Notes under the pieces: model-generated
The model's input: only the letters and a program-made list of their open reading frames with translations
Told to the model about the DNA's origin: nothing
Databases searched by the model: none
In this document: in pieces, positions 1 through 8,270 of the stretch
Layout of the letters: every line of letters starts with the position of its first letter
Numbering within the stretch: position 1 is the first letter of the stretch
Origin: Bacilli bacterium
GTDB lineage: Bacteria > Bacillota_I > Bacilli_A > RF39 > UBA660
Direction of reading: 5' to 3'
DNA: 64,000 bases
NCBI GenBank assembly: GCA_017404385.1
Contig: JAFRCK010000017.1
Span: 3,419 to 67,418 of the forward strand
Made by a program: the position numbers and the translations under genes

Positions 1-67
1 ACCCTCTTATTCTGAAGCAAGAAAGAGAACTAAAGAAGAAGTAAAAATATTAACTGATGCTTATATA

Positions 68-1414
68 ATGAATAATAAATTAAGTAAAGTTGGTCTTGGT
101 AAAACATATCATATTATTACTTATGGATGTCAATCTAATGTAAGAGATAGTGAAACTATTAAAGCTATATTAGAAGATATGTCATTTACTGAAATAGAAG
201 ATATGGAAAAAGCAGATCTTATTCTATTAAATACATGTGCAATTAGAGAAAACGCTCATAACAAAGTATTTGGTATGATAGGAAGAGTAAAACATTTAAA
301 AGAAAAAAGACCAGATATTATATTAGCAATAGGTGGATGTATGGCACAAGAAGTATCAGTTGTTAATGAACTTGAAAGAAAAAAGAAATATGTTGATGTA
401 GTATTTGGTACTCATAATATTCAAAATTTACCTAAATTAATAAGTGAAGCAATAGATAAAAATGAACAAGTTATAGAAGTATTTTCTAAAGAAGGGGACA
501 TAGTCGAAAACTTACCTGTTAAAAGAGATAGTATGTATAAAGCATTTGTTAATATTATGTATGGTTGTGATAAATTTTGTACATATTGTATAGTCCCTTT
601 TACTAGAGGAAAACAAAGAAGTAGAAGAAAAGAAGATATATTAAAAGAAATAGATGATTTAATTAAATTAGGTTATCAAGAAGTTACTTTATTAGGACAA
701 AATGTTAATGCTTATGGAAAAGATTTAGATGAAAATATAACAATGGCAGAGTTATTGGAAGAAGTAGCTAAAATTGGTATTCCTAGAATTAGGTTTGTTA
801 CATCTCATCCATGGGATTTTACAGATGATATGATAGATGTTATTGCAAAATATGATAATGTAATGCCATATATACATTTACCAGTTCAATCTGGATCAGA
901 TAAAATATTAAAATTAATGGGTAGAAGATATACAAAAGATAGTTATTTAGAATTATTTCATAAGATTAAGGATAAAGTTAAGAACGCTACTATAACAACT
1001 GATATAATTGTTGGTTTCCCAGGTGAAACTGAAGAAGATTTTAAAGAAACATTAGATGTAGTTAATGAATGTAAGTATGATGGAGCATATACATTTATAT
1101 ATTCACCAAGAGAGAATACACCAGCTGCTTCTATGGAAGATAATGTTTCTTTAAAAGAAAAGGAAGAAAGACTTGCAAGATTAAATGAACTAGTTAATAA
1201 ATACTATAAAGAAAGTAATGATAAAATGCTTAATAAAGTAGTACCAGTTCTTATAGAAGGTGTATCTGATAAAAATGAAACTATGTGTGCGGGATACACT
1301 GATACTATGAAACTAGTTAATGTAAAATGTTCAAAAGATTATATTGGTAAAATAGTAAATGTTAAAATTACTGAAGCTAAAACTTGGAGTTTAGATGGAG
1401 TTTTAGATGAATAA
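68..1414 (+). CDS. miaB: tRNA-i6A37 methylthiotransferase MiaB (radical SAM, UPF0004 + TRAM domains)
   Basis: N-terminal YGCQSN cysteine motif, radical SAM CxxxCxxC (YGCDKFCTYCIVP), about 448 aa, C-terminal TRAM-like region. Confidence 0.8.
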   Translation: MNNKLSKVGLGKTYHIITYGCQSNVRDSETIKAILEDMSFTEIEDMEKADLILLNTCAIRENAHNKVFGMIGRVKHLKEKRPDIILAIGGCMAQEVSVVNELERKKKYVDVVFGTHNIQNLPKLISEAIDKNEQVIEVFSKEGDIVENLPVKRDSMYKAFVNIMYGCDKFCTYCIVPFTRGKQRSRRKEDILKEIDDLIKLGYQEVTLLGQNVNAYGKDLDENITMAELLEEVAKIGIPRIRFVTSHPWDFTDDMIDVIAKYDNVMPYIHLPVQSGSDKILKLMGRRYTKDSYLELFHKIKDKVKNATITTDIIVGFPGETEEDFKETLDVVNECKYDGAYTFIYSPRENTPAASMEDNVSLKEKEERLARLNELVNKYYKESNDKMLNKVVPVLIEGVSDKNETMCAGYTDTMKLVNVKCSKDYIGKIVNVKITEAKTWSLDGVLDE

Positions 1415-1748
1415 TATAATTAAAGATGTAGAAGAGTTAAAAGAATTAATTAAAGAATCAGATGAATATAAAGATTATACAAAAAGTAAAGAATTATTAG
1501 ATAATAATTCTAATGTAAAGAATTTAATTAATAAAATAACTAGTTTACAAAAAGATATAGTTCATAAACAAAGTAAAAAAATTGATGTTAAAGATAAAAA
1601 TAAAGAACTAGATTCATTATATGAGTCATTATATTTAATTAAAGAATATAATGATTATATATCTAGTTCCAAAAAGTTAAACATTTTAATATCTGATGTT
1701 CAAAAAAGATTTAATATATATTTTGATAGTTTAGTAATAGAAAAATAG
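1407..1748 (+). CDS. YmcA/RicA-like small helical protein (by position downstream of miaB)
   Basis: 113-aa K/E-rich ORF overlapping the miaB stop by 8 nt. Same arrangement as B. subtilis ymcB(miaB)-ymcA. No motif verified by eye. Confidence 0.35.
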   Translation: MNNIIKDVEELKELIKESDEYKDYTKSKELLDNNSNVKNLINKITSLQKDIVHKQSKKIDVKDKNKELDSLYESLYLIKEYNDYISSSKKLNILISDVQKRFNIYFDSLVIEK

Positions 1749-1771
1749 TTCTTATTCAGAACTATTTTTTT
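1741..1771. terminator. bidirectional rho-independent terminator shared by convergent genes
   Basis: A-run, perfect stem AGTTCT/AGAACT (1747-1763), T7 run. Both stop codons (TAG 1746-1748 on + and TAA 1752-1754 on -) lie inside the hairpin. Confidence 0.6.
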
Positions 1772-2750
1772 CTAACTTATTTAAATAATATATTACAATT
1801 CCACCTAGTACAAAAGCAACAATTAATCCGCATACTTTTTCAGTTGTAAATGTAATACTTGATTCTAGATTCATTGGTAGTATTATTGCACTTGATATTA
1901 TAAATCCTAGTATTAAACTCATAGTATTTCCTTTATGATTTTTTAATAACTTAGTTAATATCTTAGAACTTACTACAATACCAATTAAAACTCCTATTGC
2001 TAATATACCAAGTTTAAGATATATATTAAAATCAAATTTAGTTATATCAGCAACATATCCTCTAATTAAATCATATCTTCCTAATACAAGCATTACCATA
2101 GATCCAGATATACCTGGGAATATCATAGTAGCACCACCAACAATACCTAAACCAAATAATATTAACATATTCATAAATCCACTATCATCAGTTACTTTAC
2201 TTATACCACCATGTAAGTTAAAGTATTCAAGTATACCAATAATTGCAACTCCAACTAAGAAATAAACTATATTGAATTTTTCATTTTTCATTTCTTTATT
2301 ATATATTAATGGAATACTAAATATAATTAGACCCATAAACCAGAATATTGTTTCTGCTTCCATATGATCTAGAGTATAACCTAATATTTTAGCAAATGCA
2401 ACTAGACCAACCGCAACTCCAATTATTACTTTTAATACATATATAAAACTTTGTTTTCTAGTATCTGTCTTCTTTTTAAATATATCACTTATTGAATATG
2501 CTAATTTATCAAATAGACCAAAAATAACCATCATTGTTCCACCTGATACACCAGGTATAATATTTGCTATTCCAACAGCGATTCCTCCAAAGAATGATCT
2601 TAATTCAAATCTCTTTTCTTTATTTTTCTTTTCTAATTTCTTCTTATTCTTTTCTTCTTTCTTTAATACTCTTAGTTTTTGTTTTTTTGCCTTAGAAAGA
2701 TGTTTTTTCTTTTTCTTAGGTTCTTTTTCTTTTTTACCAAATAGTTTCAT
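1752..2750 (-). CDS. DUF368-family polytopic membrane protein (possible undecaprenyl-phosphate transporter type) with lysine-rich N-terminal tail
   Basis: Repeated PGVSGGT / PGISGSM motifs typical of DUF368, about 8 TM helices. GGAGG RBS 8 nt upstream of ATG (complement of 2748-2750). First about 55 residues are about 50% K. Confidence 0.5.
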   Translation of the reverse strand: MKLFGKKEKEPKKKKKHLSKAKKQKLRVLKKEEKNKKKLEKKNKEKRFELRSFFGGIAVGIANIIPGVSGGTMMVIFGLFDKLAYSISDIFKKKTDTRKQSFIYVLKVIIGVAVGLVAFAKILGYTLDHMEAETIFWFMGLIIFSIPLIYNKEMKNEKFNIVYFLVGVAIIGILEYFNLHGGISKVTDDSGFMNMLILFGLGIVGGATMIFPGISGSMVMLVLGRYDLIRGYVADITKFDFNIYLKLGILAIGVLIGIVVSSKILTKLLKNHKGNTMSLILGFIISSAIILPMNLESSITFTTEKVCGLIVAFVLGGIVIYYLNKLEKNSSE

Positions 2751-2846
2751 GTCTTTAACCTCCAATATAATTATATCATAAATCATTGACTTTTAAACGA
2801 ATAATTGTTAAAATTACATTGAATTTAAAGAGAAAGGAGTGAAAAC

Positions 2847-2945
2847 ATGAAGATAAGATTTTTTAATATTTATAATTTGTTTTTGGTTAGTAGTAAAATT
2901 AAGGGGAAGAATCGTTTTGTTTTTGCTCCTGGTTTTACTTGCTAA
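2847..2945 (+). CDS. 32-codon leader peptide ORF (MKIRFFNIYNLFLVSSKIKGKNRFVFAPGFTC) upstream of ABC exporter
   Basis: Strong RBS AAAGGAGTGA 6 nt before ATG. Stop codon abuts a terminator hairpin. Confidence 0.3.
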   Translation: MKIRFFNIYNLFLVSSKIKGKNRFVFAPGFTC

Positions 2946-2968
2946 CTACTTTTAAAGTAGTTTTTTTA
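2944..2968 (+). terminator. intrinsic terminator/attenuator in leader of ABC exporter
   Basis: AACTACTTT / AAAGTAGTT perfect complementary arms followed by T7. Lies between the leader ORF and the ABC start. Confidence 0.45.
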
Positions 2969-3099
2969 ATGGAATAAAAGAGGTGAGTGAAATGGAAAAG
3001 AAAAAAAAGAAGAAAAAAGAATAATTAAAAAAATATAAAAGTATATGGAACTTATTAAAAGAAGATAAAAAAAATTTAATTATATCTTCTATATTACTT

Positions 3100-4743
3100 G
3101 TGTTAGCGTCTCTAGCAACTTTGCCAACTGGATTTTTAAATGGTGCTGCTACTGAAAGTATAACTAAGATGGAGTTGAATAAAGCAGTAATTTATTTAAT
3201 AATTTACTTTTTAATAGTAGTATTAATGGAGGGTGTTTTATATAGCTCTGCTAGTGCAATGCTTCAAAAAGTTGAATCTAAATTAACTAGAAAATTAGGT
3301 TTTAATACTTATGTTAAAGCATTAAATTTGCCACCAAAGGCATATGAAAAACTATCATCTGGTGAAGTAATAAATAGAATAACAACAGATGCTGATTCAT
3401 TATCATTTGTATTTGGTAGATTACTTGATACATTTACTCATATTGCAGGTTCAATTTTATTATTATTTTATATTTTTTATATATCTCCAATTATTGGTTT
3501 AGAAATAGTATTTGTCGTTGCCATACTTGTATTTGTTATTAAAAAATATAATCCAATACTTGTAAAAACACATAAAGAAAGAAGAAAGGAACAAGATAAG
3601 TTTGCATCTCTTACTAATGAATCAATAAGAGGTATAAGAGAATTAAAAACTCTAGGTATTAAAAATAATTTAATTACTGATATGAGAGATTTAATTAAAG
3701 ATATATTAAATACTAGTATAAAAGAAATTGATACTAGAAGAAGATATGATATAATTACTAGATTTATAAGAGTATCATTAGAGGTAGGATGCTTTATAAC
3801 ATGTATTATATTATTATATTATGGAAAGATTAATTTAACTTTCTTTATAGCCATGACTTATTATATATATAGATATATGTATTTAATGGATTCTATTAAT
3901 GTTTTAACCACTGATTATCAAAGAGTATCTGTTGCGGTAGGAAGAGTAAATGAATTATTAAATAATGAATTATATCAAGATGAGAAATTTGGTGATAAAG
4001 AAATTGATTCTAAAGGAATAATTGAATTTAAAAATGTAACATTTGGTTATCCAAGAGAAAGGAATATTTTAGAAGATTTTAATCTTAAACTTGAACCAAA
4101 TAAAAAGATTGCTATTGTAGGTAAATCTGGTCAAGGTAAATCAACATTATTTAATCTTTTAACTAGAGTATTTGATGTAAAAAAAGGATCTATAACACTA
4201 GATGGAGTTAATATTGAATCTTTAACTGAAGAAAGTTTAAGAAAAAATATTTCTATAATTAGACAAGAGCCATTTGTATTTAATAGAACTATTAAAGAAA
4301 ATTTTAAAATATTAAATCCAAAAATAAATGTAGATGAAATTAGAGAATATACTAAACTTGCATATTTAGATGACTATATAATGTCTTTACCTAAGCAGTA
4401 TGATACTTTACTAGGTGAAGGTGGAGTAAATTTATCAGGTGGTCAAAAACAAAGACTAGCTATAGCAAGAACACTTGCTAAAAAGTCTAGAGTAATACTT
4501 TTTGATGAAGCAACTTCTGCACTTGATAATAATTCACAGGAATACATTAAGAAAACAATTGATAACTTAGTTAAAGATCATACAGTTATTATAGTTGCGC
4601 ATAGATTATCTACTATAATGGATGCTGATATAATATATGTTGTTGATAAAGGAAAAATAGCTGGTTCAGGTACACATGAAGAACTATTAAAAACAAATAA
4701 TATATATAAAAACTTATATGAAACTGAATCTTTAAATTCATAA
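3100..4743 (+). CDS. ABC exporter, fused transmembrane domain + ATPase (type I exporter)
   Basis: Six-helix TMD then Walker A GKSGQGKST, signature LSGGQKQR, Walker B ILFDEATSALD, H-loop AHRL. GTG 3100 is the track start. The reading frame is open from 3025 and an ATG with perfect RBS lies at 2992 in the same frame, separated by an in-frame TAA at 3022-3024. Confidence 0.7.
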   Translation: MLASLATLPTGFLNGAATESITKMELNKAVIYLIIYFLIVVLMEGVLYSSASAMLQKVESKLTRKLGFNTYVKALNLPPKAYEKLSSGEVINRITTDADSLSFVFGRLLDTFTHIAGSILLLFYIFYISPIIGLEIVFVVAILVFVIKKYNPILVKTHKERRKEQDKFASLTNESIRGIRELKTLGIKNNLITDMRDLIKDILNTSIKEIDTRRRYDIITRFIRVSLEVGCFITCIILLYYGKINLTFFIAMTYYIYRYMYLMDSINVLTTDYQRVSVAVGRVNELLNNELYQDEKFGDKEIDSKGIIEFKNVTFGYPRERNILEDFNLKLEPNKKIAIVGKSGQGKSTLFNLLTRVFDVKKGSITLDGVNIESLTEESLRKNISIIRQEPFVFNRTIKENFKILNPKINVDEIREYTKLAYLDDYIMSLPKQYDTLLGEGGVNLSGGQKQRLAIARTLAKKSRVILFDEATSALDNNSQEYIKKTIDNLVKDHTVIIVAHRLSTIMDADIIYVVDKGKIAGSGTHEELLKTNNIYKNLYETESLNS

Positions 4744-4744
4744 A

Positions 4745-4773
4745 GGTAGTTTGAAAAAAACTATCTTTTTTTT
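4745..4773 (+). terminator. rho-independent terminator
   Basis: GGTAGTTT...AAACTATC hairpin + T8. Confidence 0.55.
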
Positions 4774-4814
4774 AAATAATATTTATGTTATTATATAAAA
4801 AAGGAGGAGTATTT

Positions 4815-5267
4815 ATGAAAAAAATTGACAATGAAAAATTAAAAGAAAAAGGAAAGGGATTCTTTGGTGAATTTAAATCATTTGTTTTAAGAGGAAATGT
4901 TATGGATATGGCAATTGGTGTTATTATAGGTGGCGCTTTTGCTACTATAGTAACAGCCTTAACAACTGATTTTATTAATCCATTAATTAATAGTATTGGT
5001 GGAGCAGAATTTGGTGGAAAAATTCATTTACCATGGACACCAAATGGTGCTGAAGGCCAATATCTTCTTTGGGGAGATTTCTTAACAGCAGTTATTAATT
5101 TCTTAATAATGGCATTAATATTATTTATAATGCTTAAAATAGTTAATAAAATAGTAACAGTTGGTAAAAAGAAAAAAGAAGAAGAACCAGCAGCTCCAGT
5201 TAAATCAGATGAAACTATTCTTTTAGAAGAAATTAGAGATTTATTAAAAAAACAAAATAAGAAGTAG
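4815..5267 (+). CDS. mscL: large-conductance mechanosensitive channel MscL
   Basis: FKSFVLRGNVMDMAIGVIIGGAF signature. GGAGG RBS before ATG 4815. Track ORF starts 30 nt earlier. Confidence 0.85.
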   Translation: MKKIDNEKLKEKGKGFFGEFKSFVLRGNVMDMAIGVIIGGAFATIVTALTTDFINPLINSIGGAEFGGKIHLPWTPNGAEGQYLLWGDFLTAVINFLIMALILFIMLKIVNKIVTVGKKKKEEEPAAPVKSDETILLEEIRDLLKKQNKK

Positions 5268-5281
5268 GAAGGAATAAAAAT

Positions 5282-6175
5282 ATGGCAGATATGTTAGTTG
5301 CTAGAGATATTGTAAAAGTCTATGGCAAAAGAACTGTATTAAAAAAAGTAAACATGAATATCCAAAAAGGTGATATTTATGGTTTTATAGGTAAAAATGG
5401 TGCTGGTAAAACTACTTTCATGAGAGTTATTTTATCACTTACTTATCCACAATCTGGAGATGTAAAATTATTTGGTGATAAAACACTTCAAGAAGTAGGT
5501 TTAAAAGTTGGATCTTTGATTGAGGCCCCAGGTATTTATAAGAATTTAACTGGAGAAGAAAACTTAAGAAGATTTTCTATTCTATATGGAGCAGATCCAG
5601 ATAAAGCACCAGAATTATTAAAGTTAGTAGGGTTAAATAATACTGGTAAAAAGAAAGCAAAAGATTATTCTTTAGGAATGAGACAAAGACTTGGAATAGC
5701 TATTGCTTTAATAGGTGATCCAGAATTATTACTTCTAGATGAACCAATTAATGGTTTAGATCCAGAAGGTATTAAAGAAATAAGAGATTTAATTCTTAAA
5801 TTAAATGAAGAAAAAGGTATCACATTCTTAATTTCATCTCACTTATTAGATGAACTTGGTAAAGTTGTTACTAAGTATGGAATAATAAATGATGGTGAAA
5901 TGTTAGAAGAAATAGGTGCAGAAGAATTAAGAGAAAAATGTAAACAAAAATTAACTATTGAAGTAGATGATTTAGCTAAAGCTATGTCTATAGCTGCGAA
6001 AATAGTTAAGGAAGAAAATCTATCTGGTAATAAACATATTATGACTGTTGAAGGTGAAGTATCTAAAGCTGCTGAGCTTAATACTGCACTTGTAAAAGGC
6101 GGAGTTGCTGTTAAAGCTATCTATCCTAATTCAGATACTTTAGAAGAATACTTTATGAAAAGGATAGGTGAGTAA
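5282..6175 (+). CDS. ABC transporter ATP-binding protein (ABC-2/bacitracin-type exporter ATPase)
   Basis: Walker A GKNGAGKTT, signature YSLGMRQRL, Walker B LLLLDEP, H-loop SSH. Confidence 0.8.
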   Translation: MADMLVARDIVKVYGKRTVLKKVNMNIQKGDIYGFIGKNGAGKTTFMRVILSLTYPQSGDVKLFGDKTLQEVGLKVGSLIEAPGIYKNLTGEENLRRFSILYGADPDKAPELLKLVGLNNTGKKKAKDYSLGMRQRLGIAIALIGDPELLLLDEPINGLDPEGIKEIRDLILKLNEEKGITFLISSHLLDELGKVVTKYGIINDGEMLEEIGAEELREKCKQKLTIEVDDLAKAMSIAAKIVKEENLSGNKHIMTVEGEVSKAAELNTALVKGGVAVKAIYPNSDTLEEYFMKRIGE

Positions 6176-6176
6176 T

Positions 6177-6893
6177 ATGAGTAGGTTATTAAAAGTTTAT
6201 TTAAGAAATATATTTAAACAAAAAGGATATTATGTATGTACAGGTATTAGTTTACTAATAGGTGTAATTATTCCTTTTATAATATCTTTATTTATTAAAA
6301 GCACTGATACAATTACATTAGCTAGTAGAATAGTAGATTCATTTAAAGTAGATATAATTATAGTTATATATATAACATTATTTGTATGTAGTGATTTTAC
6401 AGATGGAACTGCTAAAAACTTTATAGCTAGAGGTTATTCTAGAAGACAAATACTATATGGTAAATATTTAGCTTCTTTAATAGCAGTAGGAGTATACTTC
6501 TTAGGATGTTTAGCATTCACATTAGCATTCTTTGCTAAAGATGGATTAAACTTCACAATATCTGATCTTTATATGATATTAGCAGCAATAGCTACAGCAG
6601 TAGCATCAACTGGTTTATATGTAATCGTTGCTAATACTGCAGAAAAAGTATCAACAGGTATTGCAGTAAACATAATAATGTTCTCATTCTTCAGTTTATT
6701 ATTAGAAGGATTAACTACATTATTAAAACTAAATATTAATTTATCTAATTATTGGATTACTGGTCTAACTAGTTTAATGGGAGAAAAAGCTGTATTAGTT
6801 GATCTATTCAAGGTAATAGGTATAGCAGCAGTATATCTAGTATTACTATTTGAGATAAGTAATTTTATAATAAAGAAAAAAGAAGTAAAATAA
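6177..6893 (+). CDS. ABC-2 type permease partner
   Basis: 6-TM hydrophobic protein with translational overlap with the ATPase gene. AGGTG SD 6 nt before ATG 6177. Confidence 0.6.
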   Translation: MSRLLKVYLRNIFKQKGYYVCTGISLLIGVIIPFIISLFIKSTDTITLASRIVDSFKVDIIIVIYITLFVCSDFTDGTAKNFIARGYSRRQILYGKYLASLIAVGVYFLGCLAFTLAFFAKDGLNFTISDLYMILAAIATAVASTGLYVIVANTAEKVSTGIAVNIIMFSFFSLLLEGLTTLLKLNINLSNYWITGLTSLMGEKAVLVDLFKVIGIAAVYLVLLFEISNFIIKKKEVK

Positions 6894-6896
6894 AAA

Positions 6897-6929
6897 AATA
6901 TACAAAATATCTTGTATATTTTTTTTTAT
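6897..6929 (+). terminator. rho-independent terminator
   Basis: Perfect 9-bp stem AATATACAA/TTGTATATT + T7. Confidence 0.6.
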
Positions 6930-6931
6930 TT

Positions 6932-6940
6932 TGTTATAAT
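6932..6940 (+). promoter_or_regulatory. extended -10 element TGtTATAAT for tRNA-Met
   Basis: TG-N-TATAAT 17 nt upstream of mature tRNA 5' end, with an AT-rich UP-like tract upstream. Confidence 0.4.
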
Positions 6941-6957
6941 CTATATGTAATTTTGAT

Positions 6958-7034
6958 GGCGATGTAGCTCAGTTGGCTAGAGCGTTCGGTTCATACCCGA
7001 AAGGTCGTGGGTTCGACCCCCTCCGTCGCTACCA
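6958..7034 (+). tRNA. tRNA-Met (anticodon CAT), elongator type
   Basis: 77-nt cloverleaf: acceptor GGCGATG/CGTCGCT, D-arm GCTC..GAGC, anticodon stem TTCGG/CCGAA with loop TTCATAC, T-arm GTGGG TTCGACC CCCTC, encoded CCA. Near-identical to Bacillus elongator tRNA-Met. tRNA-Ile(LAU) cannot be excluded from sequence alone. Confidence 0.85.
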
Positions 7035-7045
7035 TATAGATTATA

Positions 7046-7070
7046 ACCGAACTTAACAGTTCGTTTTTTT
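7046..7070 (+). terminator. rho-independent terminator after tRNA
   Basis: CGAACT taac AGTTCG + T7. Confidence 0.6.
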
Positions 7071-7101
7071 ATGAATACTTGTAGTTTACATGGAGGTTTA
7101 A

Positions 7102-7896
7102 ATGCAAATAATACATAATAATAACTTAAATAAAATAAGCACGAGAGAAGATCTTATTGATCTTTTAAATAAATATAATGGTATATTAACTGATCCAACT
7201 ATCAGTTATTTAAAATCTTTAATAGATTTAGATTTTTCTGTTATTAATAATTATATATATGAAAGTGGAAGATCTGCTTTATCTGAATTAGAAATATATA
7301 AAAAGGCAACAATTTATAATATTTATAATAGAGCATTAAACTTATTTAAACAAAATGATTCGGAATTAACAATTTCAGGTAATGATGAAGGTATTGAAGG
7401 ATTAAAAGTATATTCTAAAATAGGAGATAGAAACTTAATATTATTTGATTATGATTATAAAGATAGTATAGGAAATTTATCTTTATTTAAAACAATTGAA
7501 AGTAAAGAACAAAGAGATGAAGAATTAAGAAGAGTAATGTGTGAATTAGATAAACTATATGATGAAAAAAATCCATATCATTCTATTCCTAATACTTATG
7601 GTGGACCTGCTTCTCAATGGGTTTTTGAACATGCTAAAAAAATACAAGAATATGAAGAAAGATTTAATCAATTAGTTTCTAAAAAAGAATTAACTGATGA
7701 AGATAAAAAAGAAATAGAAATAACAAAAAAGTATCATGAATTATTATTAGAAGATTATGGATTAACAAATAAGGACTTTGAAAAAGAACCTAATTTTCAT
7801 ATTTTAGATTTTGATAGAGATAGAACAAAAATGCATAAAACTCTTGTTAAAAAGATGCCATGTACAAATATTAAAAACAATATTAAATTTATTTAA
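7102..7896 (+). CDS. hypothetical protein (264 aa, no recognisable motif)
   Basis: GGAGG RBS. Own terminator. Soluble, N/K/E-rich. Confidence 0.5.
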   Translation: MQIIHNNNLNKISTREDLIDLLNKYNGILTDPTISYLKSLIDLDFSVINNYIYESGRSALSELEIYKKATIYNIYNRALNLFKQNDSELTISGNDEGIEGLKVYSKIGDRNLILFDYDYKDSIGNLSLFKTIESKEQRDEELRRVMCELDKLYDEKNPYHSIPNTYGGPASQWVFEHAKKIQEYEERFNQLVSKKELTDEDKKEIEITKKYHELLLEDYGLTNKDFEKEPNFHILDFDRDRTKMHKTLVKKMPCTNIKNNIKFI

Positions 7897-7928
7897 AAAG
7901 TCGAACTAGAAATAGTTCGTTTTTTTTA
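7897..7928 (+). terminator. rho-independent terminator (CGAACTAGAAATAGTTCG hairpin, copy 1)
   Basis: Stem CGAACT/AGTTCG, loop AGAAAT, T8. Confidence 0.6.
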
Positions 7929-8189
7929 AGAATTATATAATGCATAAATGTATGGCATAATTATTTTTGAAGCAAGGATGGTAGAAAATACTAGAACAAA
8001 CTAAAATAAAGATTAAAAGAAGAAGGAAATGAAACGGTTACAAATTGTAACCAGTTGAAATTGAATGCAATTAAAGAATTAGGTGGGTCTATGTCTGAAG
8101 ATTTATCAAAACCAGAAAAAAGTTTAAAAGAACCAGAAAAGGATAATAAAAAATATATTAATTTAATAAAATATTTATTTTCCCCTTAA

Positions 8190-8218
8190 TTGACTTTTTC
8201 CCTTATTTAGTTTAGAAT
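8190..8218 (+). promoter_or_regulatory. sigma-A-type promoter TTGACT-17-TAGAAT
   Basis: Near-consensus -35 (8190-8195) and -10 (8213-8218) with 17-nt spacer, about 50 nt upstream of the 8271 start. Confidence 0.5.
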
Positions 8219-8270
8219 AACTTCCTAATGAAATGGGGAGTTATTATATAAAAATATGGAGGTTAATATT

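Noticed and set aside
3045-3068. Tiny ORF MELIKRR* upstream of the ABC exporter as a separate leader peptide
   Set aside because: It is out of frame with the exporter and has no SD. The exporter N-terminus is better explained by the in-frame ATG at 2992 (MEKKKKKKKE-TAA-LKKYKSIW...), which has a perfect SD.
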